Of a DNA stretch of 64,000 nt, positions 47,819 to 58,158 are shown one piece after another. Position 1 is the first letter of the stretch, and the number at the start of each line of letters is the position of its first letter. Location: assembly GCA_910579835.1 (NCBI GenBank), contig CAJTWQ010000001.1, positions 57,798-121,797 of the forward strand. The letters are read 5' to 3'. The translations under genes and the position numbers were made by a program. The stretch is from an uncultured Ruminococcus sp. GTDB taxonomy: Bacteria > Bacillota > Clostridia > Oscillospirales > Ruminococcaceae. The notes below the pieces were generated by a model. That model did no database searches, had not been told where the DNA came from, and saw only the letters and a program-made list of their open reading frames with translations.

Positions 47819-50503
47819 TTAGTCCTCCCGGTATTCCTCTACAAAGTATGTCTCAAAAATGTCCCCTTCTTTTACGTCGCTGAACTTTTCAAGGCTGATA
47901 CCGCATTCATATCCTTCTGCAACTTCCTTTGCGTCATCCTTAAAACGCTTAAGTCCGGCTATCTTGTCGTCTGCAATGATAATACCGTCCCTCACAACAC
48001 GCACCTGGCATCCTCTCTGAGCCTTTCCGCTGAGGACATAGCTTCCTGCTACCATTCCTACATTAGAGATTTTGTATACCTGGCGGACTTCTACACGTCC
48101 AAGCTCAACATCTCTGAACTTAGGCGCAAGCATTCCCTTCATAGCGGTAGAGATCTCTTCGATAGCGTCGTAGATAATTCTGTAAAGACGAATATCAACG
48201 CCGTCTCTTGCGGCATTTTCAGCGGCAACGGGATCAGGTCTTACATTAAATCCGACAATAATGGCATTAGATGCATTTGCAAGCATAACGTCGCTTTCCT
48301 TTACTGCGCCGACAGCTCCGTGAATTACCCTTACTCTTACTTCGTCGTTAGAGAGTTTTTCAAGAGACTGCTTTACAGCCTCCACAGAGCCTTGTACGTC
48401 CGCCTTGACGATAACGGGAAGTTCCTTTATATCGCCCTCTGCGATCTGACTGAACAGATTATCGAGAGTAACTTTTCTGTACGAATTGAACTGTTCCTGC
48501 TTTGCCTCGTGCTTTCTCTTTTCAACAAGCTCTCTTGCCAGTCTCTCGTCCTCAACGGCGTTGAATATATCGCCGGCGCTGGGAACATCGGCAAGACCGG
48601 TGATCTCAACAGGTACCGACGGACCTGCGGATTTGACAGTTCTGCCCTTGTCGTTTGTCATCACGCGGACTCTTCCCACAGCCGTACCTGCAATAAGCAC
48701 ATCGCCCTGCCTGAGAGTACCGTTCTGAACGAGAAGCGTAGCGATCGGACCTCTGCCCTTGTCAAGACGCGCTTCAATAACGGTTCCCTTTGCCAGACGT
48801 TCAGGATTTGCTTTAAGCTCCTTGATCTCGGCAACGAGAAGAACATTTTCCAGAAGTTCGTCGATGCCCTCTCCCGTCTTTGCGGAAACAGGAACGCAGA
48901 TAACGTCTCCGCCCCAATCCTCGCAGAGAATATCGTACTTTGTAAGTTCTTCCTTGATTCTGTCGGGATTTGCGCCCTCTTTATCCATTTTGTTGATAGC
49001 AACGATAATGGATACTCCGGCAGCCTTCGCATGATTTATAGACTCAACTGTCTGGGGCATGATTCCGTCGTCGGCAGCAACAACAAGAATTGCAATATCG
49101 GTGATATTAGCTCCTCTTGCACGCATAGATGTAAAGGCCTCATGGCCGGGAGTATCGAGGAAAGTAATGTCCTGTCCGTTGATATTTACCTGATATGCGC
49201 CTATGTGCTGCGTAATTCCACCAGCCTCGCCGGCTGCAACGTGAGCGTCCCTTATACGGTCGAGAATAGAAGTTTTTCCGTGATCGACGTGACCCATTAC
49301 AACAACTACAGGACATCTGGGTTCAAGGTTTGTATCGTCATCGTCACTGTCGTCGATAAGACGCTCTTCAATGGTAACGATAACCTCTTTTTCAACCTTT
49401 GCTCCAAGCTCCTCGGCAACGAGGGAGGCGGTGTCAAAGTCGATTTCCTGGTTGATAGACGCCATAACGCCAAGCCCCATGAGCTTTTTGATTACATCTG
49501 TAGCCGTTACCTTGAGACGTGTGGAAAGTTCCCCCACGGTAATGGAATCGGGGATGAGGACTTTAAGCTGCTGCTTTCTTGCACGTTCCAGTTCCAGCCT
49601 CTTGAGTTTTTCTGCCTCTGTCTCTTTTCTGGAGAACTGCTGACGGTTTCTCTGAGCAGACTTCTGGTTTATTTTCTGCTTTTTTGAGGAATAATTGTCT
49701 CCGCCGTGTTTTTTATTGTTTCCGGAAGCCATCTGGTCATAACGCTCGTTATACTTGTCGAGGTCGATGTAACTGCCTCTTGTATCAACCGTTCTTCTCT
49801 GAGTAGAAGTCTGAGCCGTCTCAGAACTGAATGCAGCGTTGAACTTTGTTCTTTCGCCTCTGTCCTGAGCCTTTGCCTGCGGCTTATCTTTCTTATCGCT
49901 TCTCTTTTTGTGCTCCGGTTTCTTTTCTTCCGTCTTAACTGGAGTTTTAACTTCAGCCTTTTTCTCAGTTGATTTAACAGGAGCCTTGACTTCGGCTTTT
50001 TTCTCAGTTGATTTAACAGGAGCCTTGATCTCAGACTTTTTCTCTGCTGCTTTAACAGGAGCCTTGACCTCAGACTTTTTCTCTGCCGTTTTAACGGGAG
50101 CCTTAACCTCGGTCTTTTTCTCTGCTGTCTTAACGGGAGCCTTAACCTCAGTCTTTTTCTCTGCTGTTTTAACAGGAGCCTTAACCTCGGTCTTCTTTTC
50201 ATCAGATTTTAAAGTCTCCGGATTTTTTTTGGCTTTTTTCACCTGCACCGGCTTTTTCTCATCGGCTTCACGCTCTGTCTTTCTTGCCGGTCTTGGATCA
50301 TTTCTTGAAGCAAAATATTCGTCAAACGAACTTACCTCGCGGAGCTTTGTGTAGTGTTCCAGAAGAAGATTCATATCGTTTTCGCTTAACGCTGATCCGG
50401 ATTTCTTCTTAGTATCTCCCTTTTCTGAAAAATAATTAATAATCTCCTGTGATGAAACGCTGAGATCCTTCGCAGCGTCGCTTAATTTTATCTTTTTTGC
50501 CAT
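47819..50503 (-). CDS. infB: Translation initiation factor IF-2
   Basis: [22 protein letters not shown]. Confidence 0.98.
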   Translation of the reverse strand: MAKKIKLSDAAKDLSVSSQEIINYFSEKGDTKKKSGSALSENDMNLLLEHYTKLREVSSFDEYFASRNDPRPARKTEREADEKKPVQVKKAKKNPETLKSDEKKTEVKAPVKTAEKKTEVKAPVKTAEKKTEVKAPVKTAEKKSEVKAPVKAAEKKSEIKAPVKSTEKKAEVKAPVKSTEKKAEVKTPVKTEEKKPEHKKRSDKKDKPQAKAQDRGERTKFNAAFSSETAQTSTQRRTVDTRGSYIDLDKYNERYDQMASGNNKKHGGDNYSSKKQKINQKSAQRNRQQFSRKETEAEKLKRLELERARKQQLKVLIPDSITVGELSTRLKVTATDVIKKLMGLGVMASINQEIDFDTASLVAEELGAKVEKEVIVTIEERLIDDSDDDDTNLEPRCPVVVVMGHVDHGKTSILDRIRDAHVAAGEAGGITQHIGAYQVNINGQDITFLDTPGHEAFTSMRARGANITDIAILVVAADDGIMPQTVESINHAKAAGVSIIVAINKMDKEGANPDRIKEELTKYDILCEDWGGDVICVPVSAKTGEGIDELLENVLLVAEIKELKANPERLAKGTVIEARLDKGRGPIATLLVQNGTLRQGDVLIAGTAVGRVRVMTNDKGRTVKSAGPSVPVEITGLADVPSAGDIFNAVEDERLARELVEKRKHEAKQEQFNSYRKVTLDNLFSQIAEGDIKELPVIVKADVQGSVEAVKQSLEKLSNDEVRVRVIHGAVGAVKESDVMLANASNAIIVGFNVRPDPVAAENAARDGVDIRLYRIIYDAIEEISTAMKGMLAPKFRDVELGRVEVRQVYKISNVGMVAGSYVLSGKAQRGCQVRVVRDGIIIADDKIAGLKRFKDDAKEVAEGYECGISLEKFSDVKEGDIFETYFVEEYRED
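49925..50197 (-). repeat. Seven 39-bp tandem repeats in the IF-2 N-terminus
   Basis: KK(T/S/A)E(V/I)K(A/T)PVK(T/A/S)(A/T/E)E x7. Confidence 0.9.
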
Positions 50504-50597
50504 AGGCTATAGTACCTCCATTTGTCCTGCCGCAATATCTGCGACATCAACGATATTCAATTGTATTATTGTATATATGTCAACACAGAATCTGTGA

Positions 50598-50909
50598 TTA
50601 TCTGAGAATTTTTGCGAACCCCTCGGAAAAGCCTCTGTCACAGACTGCGATAACCGCCGCCGCTTTTCCTGAAAGCCGTCTTATTTCATCCTTGGAAAGC
50701 CCGGAAGCAAGGTGAACCGCTCCGTATTTGCCACAGTAGAATTCAGTTTCCTTAATGGTTTTTGCAGATGCATCAGAAGCAGTTATAATACAGTGTGCCG
50801 ATCCGTTTTTCAGAGCTTCAACCGACGGATCGAAGCCCCTCACGGCCTTTCCGGCCTTGAAGCATACGGTAAGCAGATCAGCTGTTTTCCTGTTCTTTTC
50901 CAAGTTCAT
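50598..50909 (-). CDS. ylxQ: L7Ae family protein YlxQ
   Basis: KAGKAVRG, ASDAS; operon position. Confidence 0.85.
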   Translation of the reverse strand: MNLEKNRKTADLLTVCFKAGKAVRGFDPSVEALKNGSAHCIITASDASAKTIKETEFYCGKYGAVHLASGLSKDEIRRLSGKAAAVIAVCDRGFSEGFAKILR

Positions 50910-51156
50910 CGAGCATCACTCCGTAAATTTTTTCGTCAATCCTGCACGAGAATGATTTTTCAAATTTTCTGCTTTTTCTAGCCTTTTCAAAGCATTCCGT
51001 ACTGCGGCATATATAAGCTCCTCTGCCGGATTTTTTTCCGGTAAAATCAAGGCTTATATCCCCATCCGGAGATTTCACAGCGCGGATAAGCTCCTTTTTT
51101 GGTTTCATTTCGCCGCATCCAAGGCACATTCTCATGGGAATCTTTTTCGGTTTCAT
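50878..51156 (-). CDS. ylxR: YlxR (RnpM) RNA-binding protein
   Basis: PMRMCLGC, GRGAYIC. Confidence 0.93.
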   Translation of the reverse strand: MKPKKIPMRMCLGCGEMKPKKELIRAVKSPDGDISLDFTGKKSGRGAYICRSTECFEKARKSRKFEKSFSCRIDEKIYGVMLDELGKEQENS

Positions 51157-51159
51157 ATA

Positions 51160-52488
51160 TTATTCCCCGCCGTTTTCATCAGCTTCGTCAAAGGGTGCGG
51201 TTTCGGCTTCATCCGGCTCTGTTTCTTCTGCCACAGCGATTTCCGGAGATGCGTCCTCTGTCTCTGCCAGTTCTTTTTCAGCTGTTTCCGTCGGTTCTTC
51301 AACAACCGTCTCCGCAGCTTCTTCAGCCGCGCCGGGATCCATCTCAAAATATTCATCCAGAGCTTCGTTCACCGGTTCTTCCTTTACAGGAACAACATAA
51401 TCCGGCGAAAGCTCCTCCGCTTCCTGATTAGTAATAGTATCAAACTGTGGTTTAATATCAATTTTAAAGCCGGTAAGCTTTGCCGCAAGCTTGGCGTTCT
51501 GTCCCTTGTTGCCGATAGCAAGCGAAAGCTGATTATTTGGCACGATAACTGTACATGTTTTTTCCTCCGGAGATATGACCACGGTTTTAAGAACCTCCGC
51601 CGGTGCAAGAGCTCTGGCAATAAATTCCTCTATAACTTCGCTCCAGGGGATAATATCTATCTTCTCGCCGTTCAGCTCGTTCACCACTGCCGTGATCCTT
51701 GAACGCTTTGCGCCGATACACGCGCCTACAGCGTCAACGTTGGGATCATTAGACCAGACTGCTATTTTTGTTCTTGATCCTGCCTCGCGGGAAATAGACT
51801 TTACCTCAACGGTACCGTCGTAAATTTCGGGGACTTCAAGTTCAAAAATGCGCTTGACAAGATCCTTATGAGTACGGGAGATCTTGACGATAGGCTTTTT
51901 TGTTTTACCGACAATTCCTGTGATGTAAACCTTTACCGATTTTCCCTCTTCAAGAGTCTCGCCGGGGATCTGCTCGTTTCTGAAAAGGTAAAGCTCCGTA
52001 CCCTGATAATCCACGGTCACCGTACCTCTGCCCGGCTCGATTTGAGATACCTTAACGGTAATGCATTCATGCTCCTTTGATTCAAAGCGGCTGAGCATCT
52101 GCTCACGGTTAATCTCTCTCAGATCGCCCTTTATTGACTGCTTTGCGGAAAGAGCCGCCATTCTTCCGAGCTTGGAAATATCAATTTCTTTGAGAATCGT
52201 TCCGCCGACATAAGCGGCTGGATCGATAGCTCTTGCAGCGGATAAATTGATCTCATTCTCGTCAATAGCTATAAGATCGTCCTCAATGACTTCCTGAACA
52301 ATGTACATTTCAAACTTTTTAGCAGCCGGATCGATCTCCACTCTTATATTTTCTTCGCTGTGGGGATAAGCCTTTCTTGCCGCCTTGAGCATTGCGGATT
52401 TTATTTTCTCTATAAGAAGCTCTGTTTCAACGCTGTTTTCCTCTCCAAGGGATTCAAGAGCCTTGAAGAAGTCGGTATTCCTGTTCAT
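51160..52488 (-). CDS. nusA: Transcription factor NusA
   Basis: EVPEI, REAGSRTKIAV, SLAIGNKGQN; acidic tail. Confidence 0.96.
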   Translation of the reverse strand: MNRNTDFFKALESLGEENSVETELLIEKIKSAMLKAARKAYPHSEENIRVEIDPAAKKFEMYIVQEVIEDDLIAIDENEINLSAARAIDPAAYVGGTILKEIDISKLGRMAALSAKQSIKGDLREINREQMLSRFESKEHECITVKVSQIEPGRGTVTVDYQGTELYLFRNEQIPGETLEEGKSVKVYITGIVGKTKKPIVKISRTHKDLVKRIFELEVPEIYDGTVEVKSISREAGSRTKIAVWSNDPNVDAVGACIGAKRSRITAVVNELNGEKIDIIPWSEVIEEFIARALAPAEVLKTVVISPEEKTCTVIVPNNQLSLAIGNKGQNAKLAAKLTGFKIDIKPQFDTITNQEAEELSPDYVVPVKEEPVNEALDEYFEMDPGAAEEAAETVVEEPTETAEKELAETEDASPEIAVAEETEPDEAETAPFDEADENGGE

Positions 52489-52515
52489 TTCTGTTAATTC
52501 CTCCAGTATATATAA

Positions 52516-52992
52516 TTATTCAAATTCCATATAAAGCTTTACAAACGCTATATCGGAAAGGGGATATTTTTTTTCTTCGCCGTTTTCCGTTTCCACGGTG
52601 ACGCCATCCTTACCGGCGTCTGCAAGAACGGCGGTTATTTCCTTTTCTCCCTCGTTTCCGCGGATAAACCGGATCCTTACTGTATCTCCACGGCATATCT
52701 CAAAGTGCTCTTCTTTTACAAGTTCTCTTTCCAGACCTGCCGAACCAACCTCAAGCACATAGCTCTGAGAAATGGGATCGGTTTCGTCAAGAAGCTTGTT
52801 TATGGGAGCAGTTGCCCTCTCGCAGTCCTTGATGGAAATCCCCTCGTCCTGGTCGATAAAGATGCGCAGATACCACATTGCGCCCTCTTTTTCGTAGCAT
52901 ACATCCCAGAGATAGTAACCCAGTTCGTCGGTTACCGGTTTGATAAGGCTGTATATCTTCTGTTCAGTGCCGCCAAATTTCTTGAATTTCAT
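52516..52992 (-). CDS. rimP: Ribosome maturation factor RimP
   Basis: LRIFID..GISIKDCE, YVLEVGSAGLER. Confidence 0.95.
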   Translation of the reverse strand: MKFKKFGGTEQKIYSLIKPVTDELGYYLWDVCYEKEGAMWYLRIFIDQDEGISIKDCERATAPINKLLDETDPISQSYVLEVGSAGLERELVKEEHFEICRGDTVRIRFIRGNEGEKEITAVLADAGKDGVTVETENGEEKKYPLSDIAFVKLYMEFE

Positions 52993-53025
52993 AGGCTAAG
53001 AATATCTCCTTTCAATATGTATATC

Positions 53026-53251
53026 AGAGCGTGTTCACATAAAGATCAATTTGTTTTTTTCGGCAAATTTCGCCAACTTCTGCGTTAGAAATTCTTGCAA
53101 TACGAGAGCATTCCTGCGAATTCTTGAGTCTCGACAGTCGTCTCGGTCAATGCTTCTGCTTCGCAGAGGTGTTCACTGGACACCCACACCCTTGCCCTTG
53201 GCAAAATTATGCTCAAAAATCTAAATATTGATTTTATGTGAACGAGCTCTA
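53026..53251. mobile_element. MITE-like element with nested ~66-bp insert (53126-53191)
   Basis: TIR AGAGCGTGTTCACATAAA / TTTATGTGAACGAGCTCT; core aligns with the 57969 element except for the insert. Confidence 0.75.
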
Positions 53252-53388
53252 AACGCTAAAGAAAATCATCCGTTTTTTGCATAGCTGCGTTATCGTCGCC
53301 GCCGTGCAGCAGCACGCTTTCCTTATATGTTTTGCTATGAACAAGGTCGTCGTCTCATTAACTACTGGACGATTTGCTATAGTGTTTA
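53250..53388. mobile_element. MITE-like element (TAAACGCTA family), tandem with the previous element via a shared TA
   Basis: TAAACGCTAAAGAAAATC / GATTTGCTATAGTGTTTA; core CTGCGTT..CGCCG..CCGTGC..CAGCA shared with 53608. Confidence 0.65.
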
Positions 53389-53395
53389 GTATAAA

Positions 53396-53423
53396 CTAAA
53401 GACCGGAATGTTCCGGTCTTTAG
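53396..53423 (-). promoter_or_regulatory. rimP-operon leader hairpin (possible attenuator)
   Basis: CTAAAGACCGGAA-TG-TTCCGGTCTTTAG just downstream of a minus-strand TGATATAAT promoter (~53446-53475). Confidence 0.55.
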
Positions 53424-53607
53424 CTTAATAGTATCATCTTTATAGTATTATATCACAGTTTTTTGGAAAAATCAAGCTTTTTTTGAAATTTTTTTAAGAG
53501 CCTGAAAGTTGTATCTTGCAGAAGTTATTGACAAACCTACAAGAAGTTATTTTTAAAATATCCCATTAACTTGAAATTCGCAAAAAATTATGATATAATA
53601 ATTATTC

Positions 53608-53757
53608 TAAACGCTATTGCAAATCACGCATATCTATCGGAAAATTCTGCACATAACTGCGTTGTCGCCGTCACCGTGCGACAGCAAGCTTTCTTTCTCC
53701 GCCTTGATATGTGCATAATTCCCTCGACAGCTATTGCGCAATTTGCAATAGCGTTTA
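53608..53757. mobile_element. MITE-like element in the pth 5' leader
   Basis: Perfect 17-bp TIR TAAACGCTATTGCAAAT / ATTTGCAATAGCGTTTA; lies between TTGAAA-17-TATAAT (53571-53599) and the pth RBS. Confidence 0.82.
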
Positions 53758-53789
53758 GTATATAAAATAAATCAATCAGGAGAAAAATT

Positions 53790-54416
53790 ATGAGTATTTT
53801 TGATGTCTTCGACAGGATTTCACAGAATTCGCCCTCCGCAGGGAGTAAAATAGAATACATAATAGCCGGTCTGGGCAATCCCGGAATGGAATACGACAAT
53901 ACGCGGCACAACGCCGGATTTGCAGTTCTTGACGCTCTTGCGGAAAAGGCAGGAGCGAATATCAACCGTATGCGCTTCAAAGGAAAAACCGCAGAAGCCG
54001 TTATAGGCGGAAAACGCTGTCTCCTGCTGAAGCCGTCCACATATATGAACAACAGCGGCGAAAGCATTGTACAGGCGTTGGAATTTTATAAGCTGAATAT
54101 TTCTCAGCTTATCGTTATATGCGACGATATTTCACTCGATCCAGGAAAACTCCGCATTCGCCGCAGGGGCAGCCACGGCGGTCATAACGGTCTTCGCAGC
54201 ATATGCGAACTGACTGGCAGCGACGATTTTCAGAGGATAAAAATGGGTGTGGGCCAAAAACCTCATCCGGACTATGACCTTGCAAAATGGGTTTTGGGGA
54301 AGTTTGGCAAAGAGGACGGAGAAAAAATGAAGACCTCAGCCGAAAACGCCTGCTGCTGCACAGAACTTATGGTTCAGGGAAAAACAGATGAGGCTATGAA
54401 CAAATACAACAGCTGA
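53790..54416 (+). CDS. pth: Peptidyl-tRNA hydrolase
   Basis: GLGNPG..Y..TRHNAGF, KPSTYMNNSG, GGHNG. Confidence 0.96.
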   Translation: MSIFDVFDRISQNSPSAGSKIEYIIAGLGNPGMEYDNTRHNAGFAVLDALAEKAGANINRMRFKGKTAEAVIGGKRCLLLKPSTYMNNSGESIVQALEFYKLNISQLIVICDDISLDPGKLRIRRRGSHGGHNGLRSICELTGSDDFQRIKMGVGQKPHPDYDLAKWVLGKFGKEDGEKMKTSAENACCCTELMVQGKTDEAMNKYNS

Positions 54417-54429
54417 TCGGAGTACACTA

Positions 54430-57400
54430 ATGAACATTTTTAAACAGCTATTCAGCGAGCTTTCCGGCTTTAAGATAATAGAGGAAGCAATAAATAAAAA
54501 AATCTCACCCGTCTCCGTGACGGGTCTTTCCCATATACACAGGGCGCAGCTTATTACAGCTCTGGACAGCGGCAAGATCAATCTTGTCATAACCGGAACC
54601 GAAGCGGAAGCAAAAAAAATCTGCGACGACGTCAACTCAATGTGCGGCTGTGAAAGAGCCGTACTTTTTCCCTCAAAGGAACTTGTTCTTACTCCTGTGG
54701 ACAGCTCAAACCACGAGTACGAGCATATGCGCATATCCGCTCTTGACCGCGCCCTTCACGGCGGATGCGGAACTCTCTGCGCATCGGTAGAAGCCGTTAT
54801 GCAGCCGGTTATTCCTCCGGAGACGCTTATTTCTTCGGCTATGGAACTGTGCGTCGGTCAGGAAATAGATCTGCGAAAAACTGCCGGCGCACTTTCACGT
54901 CTGGGCTATATTCGCTGTGAGAAAGTTGAGGGAGCGTCTCAGTTTTCCGTTCGCGGCTCGATACTGGACATTTTTCCGGTTCAATGCGAAAAGCCTGTGC
55001 GTATCGAACTTTACGGCGATGAAATAGACTCCATATCAGAATTTGAAACCGATACCCAGCGGCGTACCGATCCCCTTGAAAAGATCGGTCTGTCGCCTGC
55101 CGGAGAGGTGCTTTACAGCAATGAAGAACTGGCGGATAAAATCGAGGCTCTCTGCAAAAAAGCAAGGGGAAAACGTGCGGAGCTTATAAGAGAGCGCCTG
55201 GGAGCTGATGTGAACAGGCTCCGTGCCGGGGAAATCCTTTCTCACAGCGTCAAGTATTATCCTTTGGTCTATGGCGAGGCGAAAACCGTTTTCGACTATA
55301 TTGACGGGGCTGTCCTTTTCAGCGATTATTCGGCAGTTATGGACAGCGCATCCGGAATATCCTCACGTTTCTGTGAAGATATGAAAATTCTTCTTGAGGA
55401 CGGACAGCTCTGCCGCGGATTGGACGGATACATTATCGGTCTGCCGGAGATTCAGAAAATTGCGGAAAAGTATGTTTGTCTCTATATGAGCAGCTTTATG
55501 CAGGGGGGAGAACGCATAGACTTCCGCCGGCTTGTCAGCTTTGAGGCCATGCAGACAGCGCCATGGAGCGGTGAAATGAATCAGCTCTCGGATGATCTTA
55601 CTGTGTTCCGTGACCGCGGCTGGCGCATAATTCTTGCAGCCGGAAGCGAGAAAACACTCCCTATCATCCGGCAGGATCTTGAAGAACAGGGGATACCCTG
55701 CGATATTCTTGGCAATAATACGGTTCCTGCCAGCGGACGGGTATGCCTTATGGCAGGAAGTTTCGGCGGCGGCTTTGAATATCCCGAAAACAAAACCGTT
55801 CTTATAACTCAGGGGCGCTCTATGAATTCCTCTCGGAGAAAGAGCCGGAAAAAGAAAAACAAGGCCGAGGAAATACGCTCCCTTTCCGATATTGCCGAGG
55901 GTGACCTTGTGGTGCATTCCGGTCACGGAATAGGCAGATTTATCGGTATAAACAAGCTTGAATTCGACGGCGTTACAAAGGACTATATAACCATTCAGTA
56001 TGCCGGCACGGATAAGCTCTATATACCTGTAACACAGCTTGATATGGTATCAAAATATATCGGACCCCGTGATAATTCCGGCGTTAAGCTGAATAAACTC
56101 TCGTCCGGAGACTGGCAGAAAACCAGAAACAGGGTAAAAAGCGCTGTAAAGGATATGGCGCACGAGCTTATCGCATTATACGCGAAGCGTGAAAAAAGTT
56201 CGGGATTTGCTTTTTATCCAGACGATGAAATGCAGCGTGATTTTGAGGATCGTTTTCCCTACGCCGAAACCGACGATCAGCTTCAGTCGATTGCCGAAAT
56301 AAAGGCGGATATGGAGCGCGCCCGTCCTATGGAACGGCTTCTCTGCGGCGATGTCGGTTTCGGAAAAACCGAAGTAGCTCTCCGCGCCGCAATGAAATGT
56401 GTGCTTTCGGGAAAACAGTGCGCCATTCTTGCACCCACCACCGTCCTTGCGTATCAGCATTATCAGACTGCCCTGCGGAGATTTGAGCATTTTCCGGTGA
56501 ACATAGAGCTGCTCTCACGGTACAGAACCCCGAAACAGCAGGATGAGATAATAAAAAAGCTGAAGCAGGGACGGATTGATATTCTTATAGGAACCCATAA
56601 GATCATCCAGAAAAATGTGGTTTTCAAGGATCTGGGGCTTGCCATAATCGACGAGGAACAGCGGTTCGGCGTAGCTCACAAGGAGAAATTCAAGGAGACA
56701 TTTACAGAGGTGGATGTACTCATGCTGTCTGCAACCCCTATTCCGCGAACTCTCAATATGGCAATGAGCGGAATCCGCGATATGTCGGTAATTGAAGAAC
56801 CGCCACAGGACAGGTATCCGGTTCAGACCTACGTAATAGAGTACAACGCCGGAATGGTAATACAAGCCATTGTCCGCGAGCTGCGGCGGGGCGGTCAGGT
56901 TTACTACATCCATAATAGGGTGGAAACTATTATGGGATGCGCCGCGAAGCTGCATGAATATCTGCCTGAAGCAAGGATCGCCTGCGCTCACGGAAAAATG
57001 AACGAAGAGGAAATGTCCGATATTTGGGAACAACTGGTGGAGCACGAAATTGATATACTTGTATGTACAACTATAATAGAAACCGGCGTGGACGTACCAA
57101 ACGTAAATACCCTTATTATAGAGGATTCCGACCGTTTTGGACTGTCTCAGCTTTATCAGCTCAGGGGACGCGTAGGGCGGTCGAACCGCCGGGGATACGC
57201 TTATTTCACATATAAGCGCGACAAGGTTCTGACGGAGATCGCCTCAAAGAGACTCAGCGCCATGAAAGAATTTACGCAGTTTGGCAGCGGCTTCCGCATT
57301 GCTCTCCGCGATTTGGAAATAAGGGGAGCAGGCAGCATTTTAGGTGGCAGGCAGCACGGTCATATGGAGGCGGTAGGATACGATATGTATCTTCGTTTGC

Positions 57401-57888
57401 TGTCGGAGGCTATATCCGAGGAAAAGGGAGAACAGCCTGAAAAGGTTCCGGAGTGCGTTGTGGATATACAGATCGACGCTCATATACCGGAAAAGTACAT
57501 TCCGAGCCTTAATCAGCGTATAGACGTGTACCGCAGAATAATGACCGTAACGGAGGACGCCGACAAGACCGACCTTATTGACGAACTTATCGACCGTTAC
57601 GGAGAGCCGCCGAAATCAGTGGTGGGGCTTATTGACGTTTCACTGCTGAGAAATAAGGCGGCACATCTGGGGATCACCGAAATATCCCAGAAAAACGGCT
57701 CTATGTACTTCTATACGGAGTATGTCGGCAAGGAACAGATAGCCGCGCTTTCCGCCGCATATAAAGGCAGGATCACTTTTAACGGTATGGGTAAATCGTA
57801 TGTTTCCGTAAAGCTTTCACCGAAAGTGCGGCCGTTTGATATGATGCGGGAAACGGTAGAAATCTTCCATAAAAACCGTAATTCATGA
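54430..57888 (+). CDS. mfd: Transcription-repair coupling factor
   Basis: UvrB-homology region, VVHSGHGIG, GDVGFGKTE, DEEQRFG, QLRGRVGRS, C-terminal TRCF domain. Confidence 0.97.
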   Translation: MNIFKQLFSELSGFKIIEEAINKKISPVSVTGLSHIHRAQLITALDSGKINLVITGTEAEAKKICDDVNSMCGCERAVLFPSKELVLTPVDSSNHEYEHMRISALDRALHGGCGTLCASVEAVMQPVIPPETLISSAMELCVGQEIDLRKTAGALSRLGYIRCEKVEGASQFSVRGSILDIFPVQCEKPVRIELYGDEIDSISEFETDTQRRTDPLEKIGLSPAGEVLYSNEELADKIEALCKKARGKRAELIRERLGADVNRLRAGEILSHSVKYYPLVYGEAKTVFDYIDGAVLFSDYSAVMDSASGISSRFCEDMKILLEDGQLCRGLDGYIIGLPEIQKIAEKYVCLYMSSFMQGGERIDFRRLVSFEAMQTAPWSGEMNQLSDDLTVFRDRGWRIILAAGSEKTLPIIRQDLEEQGIPCDILGNNTVPASGRVCLMAGSFGGGFEYPENKTVLITQGRSMNSSRRKSRKKKNKAEEIRSLSDIAEGDLVVHSGHGIGRFIGINKLEFDGVTKDYITIQYAGTDKLYIPVTQLDMVSKYIGPRDNSGVKLNKLSSGDWQKTRNRVKSAVKDMAHELIALYAKREKSSGFAFYPDDEMQRDFEDRFPYAETDDQLQSIAEIKADMERARPMERLLCGDVGFGKTEVALRAAMKCVLSGKQCAILAPTTVLAYQHYQTALRRFEHFPVNIELLSRYRTPKQQDEIIKKLKQGRIDILIGTHKIIQKNVVFKDLGLAIIDEEQRFGVAHKEKFKETFTEVDVLMLSATPIPRTLNMAMSGIRDMSVIEEPPQDRYPVQTYVIEYNAGMVIQAIVRELRRGGQVYYIHNRVETIMGCAAKLHEYLPEARIACAHGKMNEEEMSDIWEQLVEHEIDILVCTTIIETGVDVPNVNTLIIEDSDRFGLSQLYQLRGRVGRSNRRGYAYFTYKRDKVLTEIASKRLSAMKEFTQFGSGFRIALRDLEIRGAGSILGGRQHGHMEAVGYDMYLRLLSEAISEEKGEQPEKVPECVVDIQIDAHIPEKYIPSLNQRIDVYRRIMTVTEDADKTDLIDELIDRYGEPPKSVVGLIDVSLLRNKAAHLGITEISQKNGSMYFYTEYVGKEQIAALSAAYKGRITFNGMGKSYVSVKLSPKVRPFDMMRETVEIFHKNRNS

Positions 57889-57968
57889 TTTTTTTACATT
57901 CTATTAATTTACTTTGATACGCATTTGTGATAGAATATTTTTGGCACAAGCTTTGTGCGGTGCTGCCT

Positions 57969-58134
57969 TAGAGCCTGTTCAGTATCTTTTTTCATACGTC
58001 TTTTCGGCAAATTTTGTCGTTTACTGCGTCAAAAATCTTTGCCATACGTCGGTATGTCTGCAAATTTTTTCCCTTGTTATCGTCAAAATTATGCTCGAAA
58101 ACCAGTACATAAAAAGATACTTAACAGGCTTTTA
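57969..58134. mobile_element. MITE-like element in the 5' leader of a lipoprotein gene
   Basis: TIR TAGAGCCTGTTCAGTATCTTTTT / AAAAAGATACTTAACAGGCTTTTA; core CTGCGTCA...CATACG..GTATG...CCTTG. Confidence 0.75.
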
Positions 58135-58158
58135 AAAAGTTCTAGAAGGAGACCTCAG

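Noticed and set aside
47759..49687. 642-aa plus-strand ORF
   Set aside because: Antisense shadow of infB with no recognisable motifs; the same applies to shadows over nifJ, recG, the ATPase and truB/nrnA
49925..50197. Possible CRISPR array
   Set aside because: Contiguous in-frame coding repeats with no unique spacers and no cas genes
53571..53765. Short ORFs over MITEs (also 26969-27217 and 57914-58135) and the 57955 N-terminal extension
   Set aside because: They coincide with inverted-repeat elements and lack RBSs
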